Assembly: GCA_963745035.1 (NCBI GenBank)
Contig: CAVUVW010000021.1
Coordinates: 96,001-160,000 of the forward strand
From: an uncultured delta proteobacterium
GTDB taxonomy: Bacteria > Desulfobacterota > Binatia > UBA9968
Reading direction: 5' to 3'
Length of the DNA: 64,000 nt
Positions within the stretch are counted from its first letter, which is position 1, and every line of letters begins with the position of its first letter. The position numbers were made by a program, and so were the translations under genes. Below, in pieces: positions 22,886 to 32,569 of this stretch. The notes below the pieces were generated by a model. It did not search any database, was not told the DNA's origin, and saw only the letters and a program-made list of their open reading frames with translations.

Positions 22886-22950
22886 CGTCACCCCGGTGAA
22901 AACCGGGGTCCATCCCAAAACCTGGATACCGCTTTTTCAACGGTATGACG
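22886..22950. repeat. CGTC-family REP doublet
   Basis: CGTCACCCCGGTGAAAACCGGGGTCCA...TGGATACCGCTTTTTCAACGGTATGACG. Confidence 0.7.
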
Positions 22951-22999
22951 GACCGGATATCGGCGCCGGAAGGACGGAATAAGAGGAGGTAGCTTTGCC

Positions 23000-23979
23000 A
23001 TGAGTACAACGGCCTCACAGCAAGCCATCGTCAACTGCCTCGGTGCGCCGTGGCCGGAAGATCTTTCGCCGGAGTTCATCGACCAACTGCGCGCGCAAGG
23101 TGTCGGCGTCGTCGGCTGCACGGCCAATCTCACCTGGGACGATGCTCTGGAAAGCATCGAGAATTTCGAGATGGTCAAGGCGATCGTGCGCGATCATCCG
23201 CAGGCTTACATTCTTCGTAGCGCGGCGGATTTGGACCGAGAAGAAAATCGCGACAAAGTCGGCGTGTTGCTCGGGTTGCAGAATCCCAAGCCGCTGGGCG
23301 ACAGCCTGAGATTGCTCGACGCATTCTTCGATCTCGGCCTGCGCTGTCTCGCGCTCGCTTTCAACGAGAACAGCTATTACGGGTGCGGCTATGCGTCCGA
23401 AGTGGACACGGGCCTGACTTCGCTCGGCAAGAAAGCCATAAAGCGCATGAACCAGCTCGGCATCGTCATCGATCTGTCCCACTCAGGCGACCGCACGGCG
23501 ATGGAAGCGCTGGAATTCTCCGAGCAGCCGGTGATTTTCAGCCATTCTACTAGCCGGGCATTGTTCAACCGGCCGCGCAGCGCGCCCGATCCGCTGATCG
23601 TTGCCGCGGCTAAGAAGGGCGGGGTGATCTGCCAGGACGTGCGCGCCAACACCAGCGTGGCGGAATATGCCGATTGGATCGACTACTGCGTGAAACTCGC
23701 CGGCATCGATCACGTCGGCGTCTCGGCCCAGGACGATTGGCACCGCTCGTACAAGGACACCAAAGCGCATCGCGCCATACCTGCCGTCCTTTGCCGCTGA
23801 ATTTGCAAAACGCGACTGGAGTGAGGATCGAATTTACCGCCGCGACGGCATCGGCGCCAGGCTGCTCGACCGAGAAAACCTGGCAGCCGAGCTCAAGTGG
23901 GCGAAACTATTCGGACGAAAGCATCGGTAAAATACTCGGCGGCAACATGATGCGGGTGCTGAGGAAGGTACTTCGTTAG
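23000..23979 (+). CDS. Membrane/renal dipeptidase family (M19) protein; frameshifts near 23764 and 23900
   Basis: GLTSLGK.AIKRMNQLGIVIDLSH, PVIFSHS, AGIDHVG; C-terminus IGKILGGNMMRVL is in another frame. Confidence 0.85.
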
Positions 23980-23981
23980 AC

Positions 23982-24773
23982 ATGAACGGGGTGATTACGC
24001 GCCAGTACATAGCCGAGCTCCGTCTCAGAAGAGAGGATGTCCCTTCATTCGACCGCTATCCGTTTGCCTTGCCAGCGGTATATCACTTGGATGTGCTCGA
24101 ACTTCACCCCCAAGTCACATTCTTCGTTGGGGAAAACGGCTCTGGCAAGTCGACGCTGCTGGAGGCAATCGCGGTTGCATCGGGATTTAATCCGGAAGGA
24201 GGCACGAAAAATTTTCGTTTTGGCACGAGGGTTTCACACTCCGAGCTGGAGCGGTACTTGCGCCTCTCTAAAGGTATCGCTAGGGCGAGGGATGGGTTCT
24301 TCCTACGCGCGGAGAGCTTTTTCAACGTTGCCACGGAAATCGAGCGACTCGACGCCGAGCCCGGCCCGTCGCCGCCACTAATCGACGCGTACGGCGGGAA
24401 ATCTTTGCACGAGCAATCTCACGGCGAGTCTTTCATGGCCCTGCTGCTTAACCGCTTCCGCGGGAAAGGTCTTTATATTCTCGATGAGCCGGAGGCCGCC
24501 CTTTCGCCCCAACGCCAGCTTGCCGTGCTATCGCGGATTCACGAACTCGTGATGGATGACTCGCAGTTCATTATCGCGACCCATTCGCCGATTCTGATGG
24601 CGTACCCGAATGCCGCGATCTACAGTTTTTCCACTGAGGGCATAAAAAAAGTAGACTACTATGAAACCGAGCACTACCAAGTGACGCGGGATTTTCTAGC
24701 TAATCCTAAGCGCATGCTCGACGTTCTTCTGGAGCCTTCGTCTAACACGCCATTGCAGCGGACGCGCCGCTGA
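23982..24773 (+). CDS. Stand-alone ABC/AAA ATPase (COG3910-like), integron gene cassette
   Basis: GENGSGKST, FFLRAES, LHEQSHGESF, YILDEPEAALSP, IATHSP; preceded by GTTAGAC and reads into an attC. Confidence 0.88.
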   Translation: MNGVITRQYIAELRLRREDVPSFDRYPFALPAVYHLDVLELHPQVTFFVGENGSGKSTLLEAIAVASGFNPEGGTKNFRFGTRVSHSELERYLRLSKGIARARDGFFLRAESFFNVATEIERLDAEPGPSPPLIDAYGGKSLHEQSHGESFMALLLNRFRGKGLYILDEPEAALSPQRQLAVLSRIHELVMDDSQFIIATHSPILMAYPNAAIYSFSTEGIKKVDYYETEHYQVTRDFLANPKRMLDVLLEPSSNTPLQRTRR

Positions 24774-24789
24774 ACGGCGAATCTTGGGC
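24740..24789 (+). mobile_element. attC site (R' degenerate)
   Basis: GTCTAAC-ACGCC-ATTGCAGC...GCTGAAC-GGCGAAT-CTTGGGC; R'' is the exact complement of GTTAGAC at 23975. Confidence 0.75.
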
Positions 24790-24808
24790 GGCAAATTCGG
24801 GAGCATTT

Positions 24809-25171
24809 ATGGACTCGACAGAGCTATACGAAATTGAAAGATCGCTGTGGACCAATGACCCAGAGGTCTATCGCGACTCGTTGCGTCACGACGCGCTTCT
24901 CATGTTCCAAGAGACCGGGATGATAACCCGAGATGCTGCGATCGCTGCCATCCGCGAAGAAAGCCGTGAGAATCGGCACTGGGCCGAGGTGAGGTTTGTG
25001 GACGAAAGAGTACTCTCCCCAACAAACGACACGCGCGTGTTGATCTACAAAGCCGCCGCGCGCTGGAACTATGAGTCGAATCCAATTAGCGTTCTATGTA
25101 GCAGCATCTACGCCTTGGACTCGAGCGAATGGAGGCTTGTTTTCCATCAGCAAACTCCCCTTGCCGTGTAA
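24809..25171 (+). CDS. NTF2-like / DUF4440 protein (cassette)
   Basis: C-terminal SSIY....EWRLVFHQQTP. Confidence 0.75.
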   Translation: MDSTELYEIERSLWTNDPEVYRDSLRHDALLMFQETGMITRDAAIAAIREESRENRHWAEVRFVDERVLSPTNDTRVLIYKAAARWNYESNPISVLCSSIYALDSSEWRLVFHQQTPLAV

Positions 25172-25228
25172 ACACCGGTTGCAGCGGAGAGACTGCCGGC
25201 GCGGTGCGCCGCTGCTGGAGAGTTCGGC
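25166..25228 (+). mobile_element. Degenerate attC site
   Basis: TGTAAAC-ACCG-GTTGCAGCGG...CCGCTG...GTTCGGC at the gene end. Confidence 0.5.
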
Positions 25229-25259
25229 AAATTGGTAAGAACGATATAAGGATCAAACA

Positions 25260-25988
25260 ATGGCCCAGATCACGGAAATTGCTCCCGATATCTACCGCAT
25301 CTCCACGTTTATTCCGGAAGCAAATCTACAATTCAATCAATTTCTCGTGCGCGACGAGCAGCCTCTGCTGTTTCACACCGGCATGAAGGTGCTGTTTCCG
25401 GCCGTGCGGGACGCCGTGGCCACGTTACTGGCGCCTACCAGCATCCGGTGGATCAGTTTCAGCCATTTCGAGGCCGATGAATGCGGTGCGCTGACGGAAT
25501 GGCAAACGCTGGCGCCTGAGGCAACGGCGGTGTGCAGTTTCGTCGCCAAAGTGGTGAGCGTCGATGATGTGGTCGCCCGCCGTCCAGCGCAGGCCCTGGC
25601 AGATGACGAACTGCTTTGTACCGGGAAATATCGGTTTCGCTTTCTTCAGACGCCGCACGTGCCGCACTGCTGGGAGGCGAGCCTGCTGTTCGAGGAAACT
25701 CAGGGCACGCTGTTGTGTTCCGACCTATTTCACCAGAACGGAGACGTCGAGCCCAGCACCAGCGCGGATGTGGTCGGCCGGTTCAAACAAACGTTAGTCG
25801 AATATCAGCAGGGGCCTTTAGCGAACTATATGGCGTATACGCCCCACACGGACTCGACGCTGCAGCGGCTGGCCGCGCTCAAGCCCCGGACATTGGCGAC
25901 CATGCACGGGTCGACATTCGTCGGCGATGGCGCGCAAGCTCTTACCGATCTCGCGCAGGTCATCAAAGAGGTCCTAGGAGAACGGTAA
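25260..25988 (+). CDS. Metallo-beta-lactamase-fold protein (flavodiiron/ODP-like di-iron domain)
   Basis: [28 protein letters not shown]. Confidence 0.8.
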   Translation: MAQITEIAPDIYRISTFIPEANLQFNQFLVRDEQPLLFHTGMKVLFPAVRDAVATLLAPTSIRWISFSHFEADECGALTEWQTLAPEATAVCSFVAKVVSVDDVVARRPAQALADDELLCTGKYRFRFLQTPHVPHCWEASLLFEETQGTLLCSDLFHQNGDVEPSTSADVVGRFKQTLVEYQQGPLANYMAYTPHTDSTLQRLAALKPRTLATMHGSTFVGDGAQALTDLAQVIKEVLGER

Positions 25989-26125
25989 GCATGCAGAGGG
26001 TCACGCACCTGGAGTTCTCCAGGTCAAACGTACATCCGTCTAACCACCCGCTTCGCTCTATGAGTTCCATCCACTGCTGCTTTCATCTGGTCTCATCCGG
26101 TCAGCCTTGATACTTTAGGGCGACG

Positions 26126-26674
26126 ATGATCCAAGCCGGCTACATGGCCAAGCGCGTCGTTAAACGGCCGGAGTGGCTTGATGCTAACCAAGTCGTTGAC
26201 GTCTACTCAGTCAGCAACTGTAACTCAAAAGACTTTGCCGACTACATCAATTACTGGAAGCATAACGGGTTTTGGTTTTTTGACTCGCCAGAAATCATCT
26301 ATGCACTGGCCGAAGAAAACTCGATCGATATTGCGGACACTCAACTGTTTTTTTACGAGGTTTATGACTTTGAGTATGACGACGATCGGAAGACTTGGGA
26401 AAGGTTTGAACCGGAGGAATCGTTTACTACAAACGTTGTTGCCCCCGCTAAAAAGTCGTTGGCGGGCTACGACATCGTTACATTTTCAACCGGGAATTCC
26501 GCCGAATGCTCGCCGCTCTCCTGTAACTCCATTGCGGGCGAAGTAAACACCAACAAACACTGTCTGCTGAAAAGCTTGGAAGAAGCGAAAAGATTGTTGA
26601 AAGACGGGAAATTCAATAATTCAGAACCAGGGCCATTCCGAATATTTGCTGTGTATTCAGTGCCGTGGCCCTAG
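26126..26674 (+). CDS. Hypothetical protein (low GC, cassette-like)
   Basis: 182-aa ORF with natural composition, ECSPLSCN motif. Confidence 0.7.
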   Translation: MIQAGYMAKRVVKRPEWLDANQVVDVYSVSNCNSKDFADYINYWKHNGFWFFDSPEIIYALAEENSIDIADTQLFFYEVYDFEYDDDRKTWERFEPEESFTTNVVAPAKKSLAGYDIVTFSTGNSAECSPLSCNSIAGEVNTNKHCLLKSLEEAKRLLKDGKFNNSEPGPFRIFAVYSVPWP

Positions 26675-26822
26675 TATTCCGTCCGTTCTATACCCCGCGC
26701 CATCAGTGATAGCATCGCTCGTACAAGGACACCAAACGCGCGCCATATACATGATGCTGGATTCAAGGGCATCGTTCACTGTCAAAGTTTTTACGCACCG
26801 GGTCAGTTACGTGGCGTAAGAA

Positions 26823-27284
26823 ATGAAAAACTTCCTTTTCTTACTGTGGATTCTTGTAGGCGTGTCGTTATTTGCAAGCGCTGCGAAACGTTTTGTGGAA
26901 AACTATCGGTTCAAGGCGCATGCCGTTGTTCTTGCAGGCGAAGTTATCGCGTCGAAAACCGGGCGGTTTCAAAGAACCGGTATGCCCGTAGTGCGGTACG
27001 TCACACCCTCGGGAGAGCAGCGTGAGCATACATACGATGCTCCTCTAGCGGGGAGTGAGTTCCAGGTTGGAGAAAAGGTGAAAGTTCTTTACGATCCTGG
27101 AACCGGCACGACCAAACTCGATGACTGGAGTGAGCTCTATCTCTCTTCTTCGCTGATTGGTTTCATCGCTTTCCTTGTTTTATTACCGCCCTTAGCGGCT
27201 GGTGTCATCTATCTGTACTGCGGCGGCCTGAACCTCAAGCCAAATCCAAGGCTCTCACCGAACTTGACTAAAAAGATTCTTTAG
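26823..27284 (+). CDS. DUF3592-like membrane protein
   Basis: TM - PVVRY...GEKVKVLYDP - TM architecture; tail PNPRL resembles attC read-through. Confidence 0.7.
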   Translation: MKNFLFLLWILVGVSLFASAAKRFVENYRFKAHAVVLAGEVIASKTGRFQRTGMPVVRYVTPSGEQREHTYDAPLAGSEFQVGEKVKVLYDPGTGTTKLDDWSELYLSSSLIGFIAFLVLLPPLAAGVIYLYCGGLNLKPNPRLSPNLTKKIL

Positions 27285-27461
27285 CCTTCCAGGCGCGAGC
27301 GCGTATTTTCTTCGCTTTAATTGACACTCTTTCGGGCTCATAGTACGTAGTGGGCTTCGACGCTAGCAGTTCTGTCCGTCAAATCTATTTCGCCACCACG
27401 TAAGGAAGAAACCTATGCGAATGGCTCTTCTACACTGCGCCTGGCTTGTCCTGTTGTTTTC

Positions 27462-27626
27462 ATGACTCCGGTGAGCCGGGCCGTCCGCGTGGTGCCGCGC
27501 TGGTACAAAGACTCGATCATGGGGCCAAGCCAGAAATGGATTCACGAACGCTCCTTCGCCGAGGACTTGGTCTCGCGCTGGGCAAAATCGATCGTCGATT
27601 CGGAAAAGGAATTTTTCTCGAAGTGA
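27462..27626 (+). pseudogene. Probable 3' remnant of a gene immediately upstream of the amidohydrolase
   Basis: Host-like codons ..VPRWYKDSIMGPSQKWIHERSFAEDLVSRWAKSIVDSEKEFFSK* ending 3 nt before ATG 27630. Confidence 0.4.
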
Positions 27627-27629
27627 AAC

Positions 27630-29063
27630 ATGGCTAAAAACACCGCGGATATCGTTTTCAAGAATGGTTTGGTCGTCACGCCGTCCGGCGTCATCGAAGG
27701 CGGGCTCGCCGTCGTTGACGGCAAGATCGGCGCCGTCGGCGGCGACGACTTTTTGCCGGATGCGGAGCGGGTCATCGATTTAGCCGGCAAACATCTTCTC
27801 CCCGGCGCCATCGATCCCGAATGCCACCTGGGCGGCCACCGCGACCTGGCCGCCGATTTTAAAAGCGAGACGCGCGCGGCCGCGGCAACCGGCGTGACGA
27901 CGTGGGGCTTGCAGCTTGTCAGCCTCGCGATCACCGGCGGCGCGGAAAAAGTAAAGGGACCGGCGGATATCCCAAATTTCACCACGGCGATGCCGATTTT
28001 CTACGAGGCGTCGAAAACCGCGGCCATCGATTTTTTTCTCACGCCGATCGTCAGCACCGACGAGCAAGTCACGGAAATTCCTTACCTGGCAAGAGAGCAC
28101 GGCATCAGTTCCTTCAAGCTCCACTTGCAGATGCAGGGTCCGTGGAAGGCTTCGTGGCCGGCTTACTTTTTCGACGACGGCAGTATTTACTCGGTCTTCC
28201 AGGCAGTCGCCAAGCTGGGCGCGCCCGCCATCGCGCTGCTTCACTGCGAGAACTGGGAGATCGCCCAAGTGCTGCAGAAACAGCTCATGGACGCGGGCCG
28301 AACCGATATGGGCGCGTGGGACGATCGCTCGCCGGCCTTCACCGAGGTCGGCCACGCCCGGACATACCTTTACTACGCCCGAATCGCCGGCTGTCCGATT
28401 TACATCGTGCACTGCACGACGACGGACACCGTCAAGGAAATCGAAAGAGCCAAAGCCGAAGGTTTGACGGTCTACAGCGAGATCGGCACCCACTATCTCG
28501 TCCTGCACAAAGATGCTTGGAAGATCAACGTGCCGCTGCGCGACCGCTCCACGCACGAAGCTCTATGGCACGCGCTTTCGTCGGGCGCGATCGATTGCAT
28601 CGGCAGCGATCACGTGGCGCACACAAGAACCCGCGAGTCCATGGAAACGGGGAACGTCTTTACCACGATCAGCGGTTTTCCATCGCGCGTCGAAGGCATG
28701 CTGCCGATGATGTTGAGCGAGGGTGTAAACAAAGGACGCATATCGATCGAGCGGTTGGCCCAAGTCGCAAGCGAGAACCCCGCGCGCATCTTCGGCCTCT
28801 ATCCAAAGAAAGGCGCGATTCTCCCCGGCGCCGACGCCGATTTGATCGTCGTCGATCTAAAACGGCGCGCGACGATCACCAAAGAGCTTCTCCACACCGT
28901 AACTCCCTGGTCGGTTTACGAGGGCTGGGACGTCACCGGTTGGCCGGTCATGACGGTCGTCCGCGGCCAGATCGTCATGGAATGGCCCGAGGGCGCTCCT
29001 CGCGCCAACGTTACGGATGTCTCGGCGGGGCAATATCTCCGGCGAAGAGTCGGCACGGCATAA
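27630..29063 (+). CDS. Cyclic amidohydrolase (dihydroorotase/allantoinase/hydantoinase family)
   Basis: LLPGAIDPECH, SSFK, LHCEN, YIVH, KINVPLR, IGSDH, SENPARIFGLYPKKG...GADAD. Confidence 0.9.
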   Translation: MAKNTADIVFKNGLVVTPSGVIEGGLAVVDGKIGAVGGDDFLPDAERVIDLAGKHLLPGAIDPECHLGGHRDLAADFKSETRAAAATGVTTWGLQLVSLAITGGAEKVKGPADIPNFTTAMPIFYEASKTAAIDFFLTPIVSTDEQVTEIPYLAREHGISSFKLHLQMQGPWKASWPAYFFDDGSIYSVFQAVAKLGAPAIALLHCENWEIAQVLQKQLMDAGRTDMGAWDDRSPAFTEVGHARTYLYYARIAGCPIYIVHCTTTDTVKEIERAKAEGLTVYSEIGTHYLVLHKDAWKINVPLRDRSTHEALWHALSSGAIDCIGSDHVAHTRTRESMETGNVFTTISGFPSRVEGMLPMMLSEGVNKGRISIERLAQVASENPARIFGLYPKKGAILPGADADLIVVDLKRRATITKELLHTVTPWSVYEGWDVTGWPVMTVVRGQIVMEWPEGAPRANVTDVSAGQYLRRRVGTA

Positions 29064-29464
29064 GAATTTTCGTTTCACTACACTTATCTCAGTTCTGAGA
29101 GGGTAGGGCAGCGATCGAGGCGGCATCCTCTCGGGATGTTGCTTCGCAAGGCTGTCCGGCAAGGTGGTAGTTGCCCGGACCGATTCATCCCCTAAGCGGT
29201 TTTGAAGCAAGGCTATCTTGCCTTTCGGCTGTTCTAGTTTCTTGCCGGCTAGCCATCCGACGGAAGCCGGTGCGTTACAAGAGTTAATAGAGTTAGGGCA
29301 GTGTGACATCGCGGGGATGCGGGCTGCGCTTACGCATCGAAACGAATCGGACAAAAGCATCGAAAAGTTCTCGGTGGCAACATAATGCCGGGTGGTCAAG
29401 AGCGTACTGCGCCGGATCGACTTACCAAACAGACGGCTCTTTTCCGCTAAAGCGGCGATTGCGC

Positions 29465-29493
29465 TTGACGGGCCGTATCTTATAAAATACACT
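29465..29493 (+). promoter_or_regulatory. sigma70 promoter with overlapping palindromic operator of the TA operon
   Basis: TTGACG-17 nt-TACACT; imperfect palindrome GTATCTTATAAAATAC (29475-29490). Confidence 0.6.
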
Positions 29494-29496
29494 CCA

Positions 29497-29787
29497 GTGA
29501 TCGAAATTCGGCAAACTGAAACGTACGCCAAGTGGTTCGCCAGTTTGCGGGACCGGAGAGCGCGTGCTCGAATCGATGTGAGGATCCGCCGATTGTCGCT
29601 TGGCAATCCGGGAGATGTAAGACCAATCGGCAGCGGAGTATCGGAATTACGGCTCGACTATGGTCCCGGCTATCGCGTGTACTTTTCGCAACGCGGTCCG
29701 ATGCTGATTATCCTGCTTGCCGGGGGTGACAAGGGAACGCAGGATCGGGACATAAAGAAAGCCCTGGAACTAGCACGAACACTGTAG
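29497..29787 (+). CDS. Type II toxin, RelE/ParE superfamily (addiction module killer, COG3657-like)
   Basis: WFASLRD.RARARI..RIRRL.LGNPGDV.PIG.GVSELRLDYGPGYRVYF...LLAGGDK.TQ. Confidence 0.92.
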   Translation: MIEIRQTETYAKWFASLRDRRARARIDVRIRRLSLGNPGDVRPIGSGVSELRLDYGPGYRVYFSQRGPMLIILLAGGDKGTQDRDIKKALELARTL

Positions 29788-29795
29788 AGGTTTTT

Positions 29796-30098
29796 ATGAG
29801 AAAGAAGACTGCAAAGATAAAGACTCGACCGTGGGACGCAGCCGAGCATCTGACGACCGAAGAGGACATGGCGGCATATTTGGAAGCCGCGCTGGAAGAC
29901 GGCGATCCGGCACTCATCGCCGCGGCATTGGGCGATATTGCGCGTGCGAAGGGTATGAGCCAGATTGCCCGCGAAACGGGCCTGGGACGTGAGAGTCTTT
30001 ACAAAGCGCTATCACCGGAAGGCAATCCAGAGCTCTCCACGGTGCTCAAAGTCGTTCGTGCGCTCGGTCTTCGCTTGCACGCAGCGGCGGACGTTTGA
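29796..30098 (+). CDS. Type II antitoxin, HTH (addiction module antidote, COG3636-like)
   Basis: WDAAEHL..EEDMAAYL, ALGDIARAKGMSQIARETGLGRESLYKALS..GNP. Confidence 0.92.
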   Translation: MRKKTAKIKTRPWDAAEHLTTEEDMAAYLEAALEDGDPALIAAALGDIARAKGMSQIARETGLGRESLYKALSPEGNPELSTVLKVVRALGLRLHAAADV

Positions 30099-30268
30099 CG
30101 CGACTGGAGTGATGTCGGTTGCACATGACTTTCCATTGCGGAAACTCATCATTCAAATCGAGGATGTAAAAAACGCGCGCCGGCGTCAGCATGAAAGATA
30201 AGATAATGAGAGGAACGACACATGCGAGTTTTTGCTAGAACGTTGAGATCTCAAGTTGCGGAGTTTTT

Positions 30269-30718
30269 ATGCGTCTGATTATGTCGGCGCTCTTCTGGAT
30301 GCTCCTCGGGAGTTGGCTGCTTCCCCCTTTCGCTCAGCCCGCCGAGCAAGCCCAGAAAAATGTGCAAGGGAGCTGGACTGCGACAAAGGCGGAACGCGAC
30401 GGCAAAGCTGCCGATGACGTTGTCGGAAATCGGCTTGTCTTCACCGGCAACCGCTTTCAGATCCAGTCCAAGAACGGAAAACAGCTTTACGCGGGTATGT
30501 TCCGTATAAACCCGACCGCGAAGCCGGCGACGATTGATTTCGAGCATACGGAAGGGAACGTCAAAGGGAAGACGTGGAAGGGAATCTACGCTTTGAGCGG
30601 CGACACGCTGAGGATATGCGACAACGCACCGGACCTCGAAAAGGACCGGCCCGCCGCGTTCGAGGCAAAGAGCAAGTCCGGATATGTGCTCATCACATTT
30701 AAGCGCGCCAATCCTTGA
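30269..30718 (+). CDS. Secreted TIGR03067-like domain protein
   Basis: Signal peptide; QGSW....ERDG, INPTAKPATIDF, KGIYALSGDTLRIC, RPAAF. Confidence 0.8.
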   Translation: MRLIMSALFWMLLGSWLLPPFAQPAEQAQKNVQGSWTATKAERDGKAADDVVGNRLVFTGNRFQIQSKNGKQLYAGMFRINPTAKPATIDFEHTEGNVKGKTWKGIYALSGDTLRICDNAPDLEKDRPAAFEAKSKSGYVLITFKRANP

Positions 30719-31231
30719 GTCGGATGCTGCTGGCTTCAGTCACGCGAACGGGATCATGTTATGTCTGTTCATACGACCTCCGAAGAGCTCGTTGTGGTAG
30801 AAAAAACAGGGAGCAACGCAGGTTTACACTGGCCACTACGGTGGATACCTCATCGACGTCGATAGGTTCGCTTGGTCGAGCGTACGTTCAGGAGCGATGC
30901 ACCAGGCGCGCGCCGTACTTGCACTCGTTCGTCGCTGCGCCGGCTTTTGCAGGTCAAGATAATCCTCAATCGATGCATTTCGAATTTTTCAGTGCTAGGA
31001 TCGTAGCGGGTGTCGCCCGATAGGTTGGATACGCCGATTGTGATGGCGGGATCCGTTTGCAAAACCTATCGTTGTTAGGGAGCAGGGCGAGAACAGCTCA
31101 TGTTAAAAATATTTCGCGAAAGTGCGCGGCGAACATGGTCCCATGACGCGCTGCGCGATCGTAATTGATGATCGATCGCGCTATCAAGCATCGTCGCTCG
31201 GGCAATCGCGAAACTGAAAGGTAAGCAGAAA

Positions 31232-31774
31232 ATGGAATCGAACGAACAGCAAGGATCGCCTTCACCCATGCTCAGCAAGGAATTCGCCGGGCAAGCTTCC
31301 GAGTATGTGCAGGAGATGCTGAAAGCGGGAGCGCAGCCGCGCGAAATACTCAACCATCTGGCGTCGGCGGCGGAAGTGTTGGCCGGTCCCGGTACCGCCA
31401 CCTCGATCCTCGTGCTCGATCGGGACGGCTTCTTGCGGAACGGCGCTTCGGCCAATCTGCCGCCGGATTATCTAGCCGCCATCGATGGACTCAAACCGGA
31501 CCCCAACGTAGGAACGTGCGCCGCTGCCGCGGCAACGGGTTCGGTGGTAATCACCCCGGATTTCCTCGCCGACGATAAATGGGCGGAGCTGCGCCACCTG
31601 CCTCTCGCACTGGGTTTTATCGGGGCCTGGAGCGTGCCGATCAAGTCTCCGGCAGGGAGAGTGCTGGGCACCTTCGGCACCTACTTCCGCGAGCGGCGTT
31701 ATCCGACGCCGGAGGAGCGCAGAGGAGTGGAGCTTCTCGCCAGCGCGGCCGCACTGATACTTGCCAGCTTCTGA
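31232..31774 (+). CDS. Stand-alone GAF domain protein
   Basis: LPPDYLAAIDGL....VGTCAAAA..G..VITPD, WSVPIKS..GRVLGTF. Confidence 0.85.
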   Translation: MESNEQQGSPSPMLSKEFAGQASEYVQEMLKAGAQPREILNHLASAAEVLAGPGTATSILVLDRDGFLRNGASANLPPDYLAAIDGLKPDPNVGTCAAAAATGSVVITPDFLADDKWAELRHLPLALGFIGAWSVPIKSPAGRVLGTFGTYFRERRYPTPEERRGVELLASAAALILASF

Positions 31775-31930
31775 ACGCAGTCGCGATTGCTCTCATGCGC
31801 TTTCGCCATAGGCATCTTCTGAGCCCGAATTTCCTCCGAGGGAACATATTTCCCCGAGTTAGGCTCCCGGTTTGACATGCCGAAAGCACTTCTGCGAAGA
31901 TCGGCGAAAGTTTTAAAGGAGGGCCGGACA

Positions 31931-32326
31931 ATGGAAAATACGAAAAGCGATCCGATTGTCATCGAGCAACCGGGAATGCGCCTGACCATCGCGCATCGCA
32001 GCGGTCTCGGCGGCAACGACGAAGGCTTGACGTTCGATGTCACCACCGCCGATGCAGAAGACGCGGGCAAAAGAATCCTGCGCTTCGATTGCTTCTACAA
32101 GAACCCTCATTATCACGTCGGCGCCTCCGGCGGCGAGAGCGCTGCCTACAAAATGAAAGACGAAGGCATCGAAGACCCGGTCCGCTGGACACTGGAGCAG
32201 CTCAAGACCAGGTTTCCCGCCATGGTCAAACAAGCCGGCTACGACGAAATCGCCGAAAAAATCGATCAGAGCGCCGTCGCCGATCAGCTCACGCGGCTAG
32301 AACGGGAAATAATCGCTAAATATTAA
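31931..32326 (+). CDS. Hypothetical protein
   Basis: AAGGAGG RBS; ILRFDCF.KNPHYH, DPV.WTL..L motifs. Confidence 0.75.
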   Translation: MENTKSDPIVIEQPGMRLTIAHRSGLGGNDEGLTFDVTTADAEDAGKRILRFDCFYKNPHYHVGASGGESAAYKMKDEGIEDPVRWTLEQLKTRFPAMVKQAGYDEIAEKIDQSAVADQLTRLEREIIAKY

Positions 32327-32379
32327 TGTCCCTTTAGGGGGATGGCTGAAATCCGTCACCTTCTGGCGAAGTGCGAGTT

Positions 32380-32463
32380 TGTCATGCCGGCGAACGCCGG
32401 CATCCAGGTTCATTGGCGGCGCATAATCAAAGAGACTGGATTCCGGTTTGCACCGGAATGACG
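32380..32463. repeat. CGTC/TGTC-family REP doublet
   Basis: TGTCATGCCGGCGAACGCCGGCATCCA...TGGATTCCGGTTTGCACCGGAATGACG. Confidence 0.75.
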
Positions 32464-32569
32464 GGAAACCGGAGTCGACTTCCAGTTGACAAATTCAGAA
32501 CCCCACGGCTTAGAGCCGAGGTTGTTCGGTTTTTGCTGAGCGCGCGAATACGGGCAAGATACAAAAACA

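Noticed and set aside
29281-29300. GAGTTAATAGAGTTAGGGCA as a fourth attI-like core
   Set aside because: It lacks the GATCAGTTCA box, the promoter and the inverted arms, and no matching R'' was found downstream.
31071-31080. GTTGTTAGGG as an attC end
   Set aside because: No upstream RYYYAAC or L boxes were identified.
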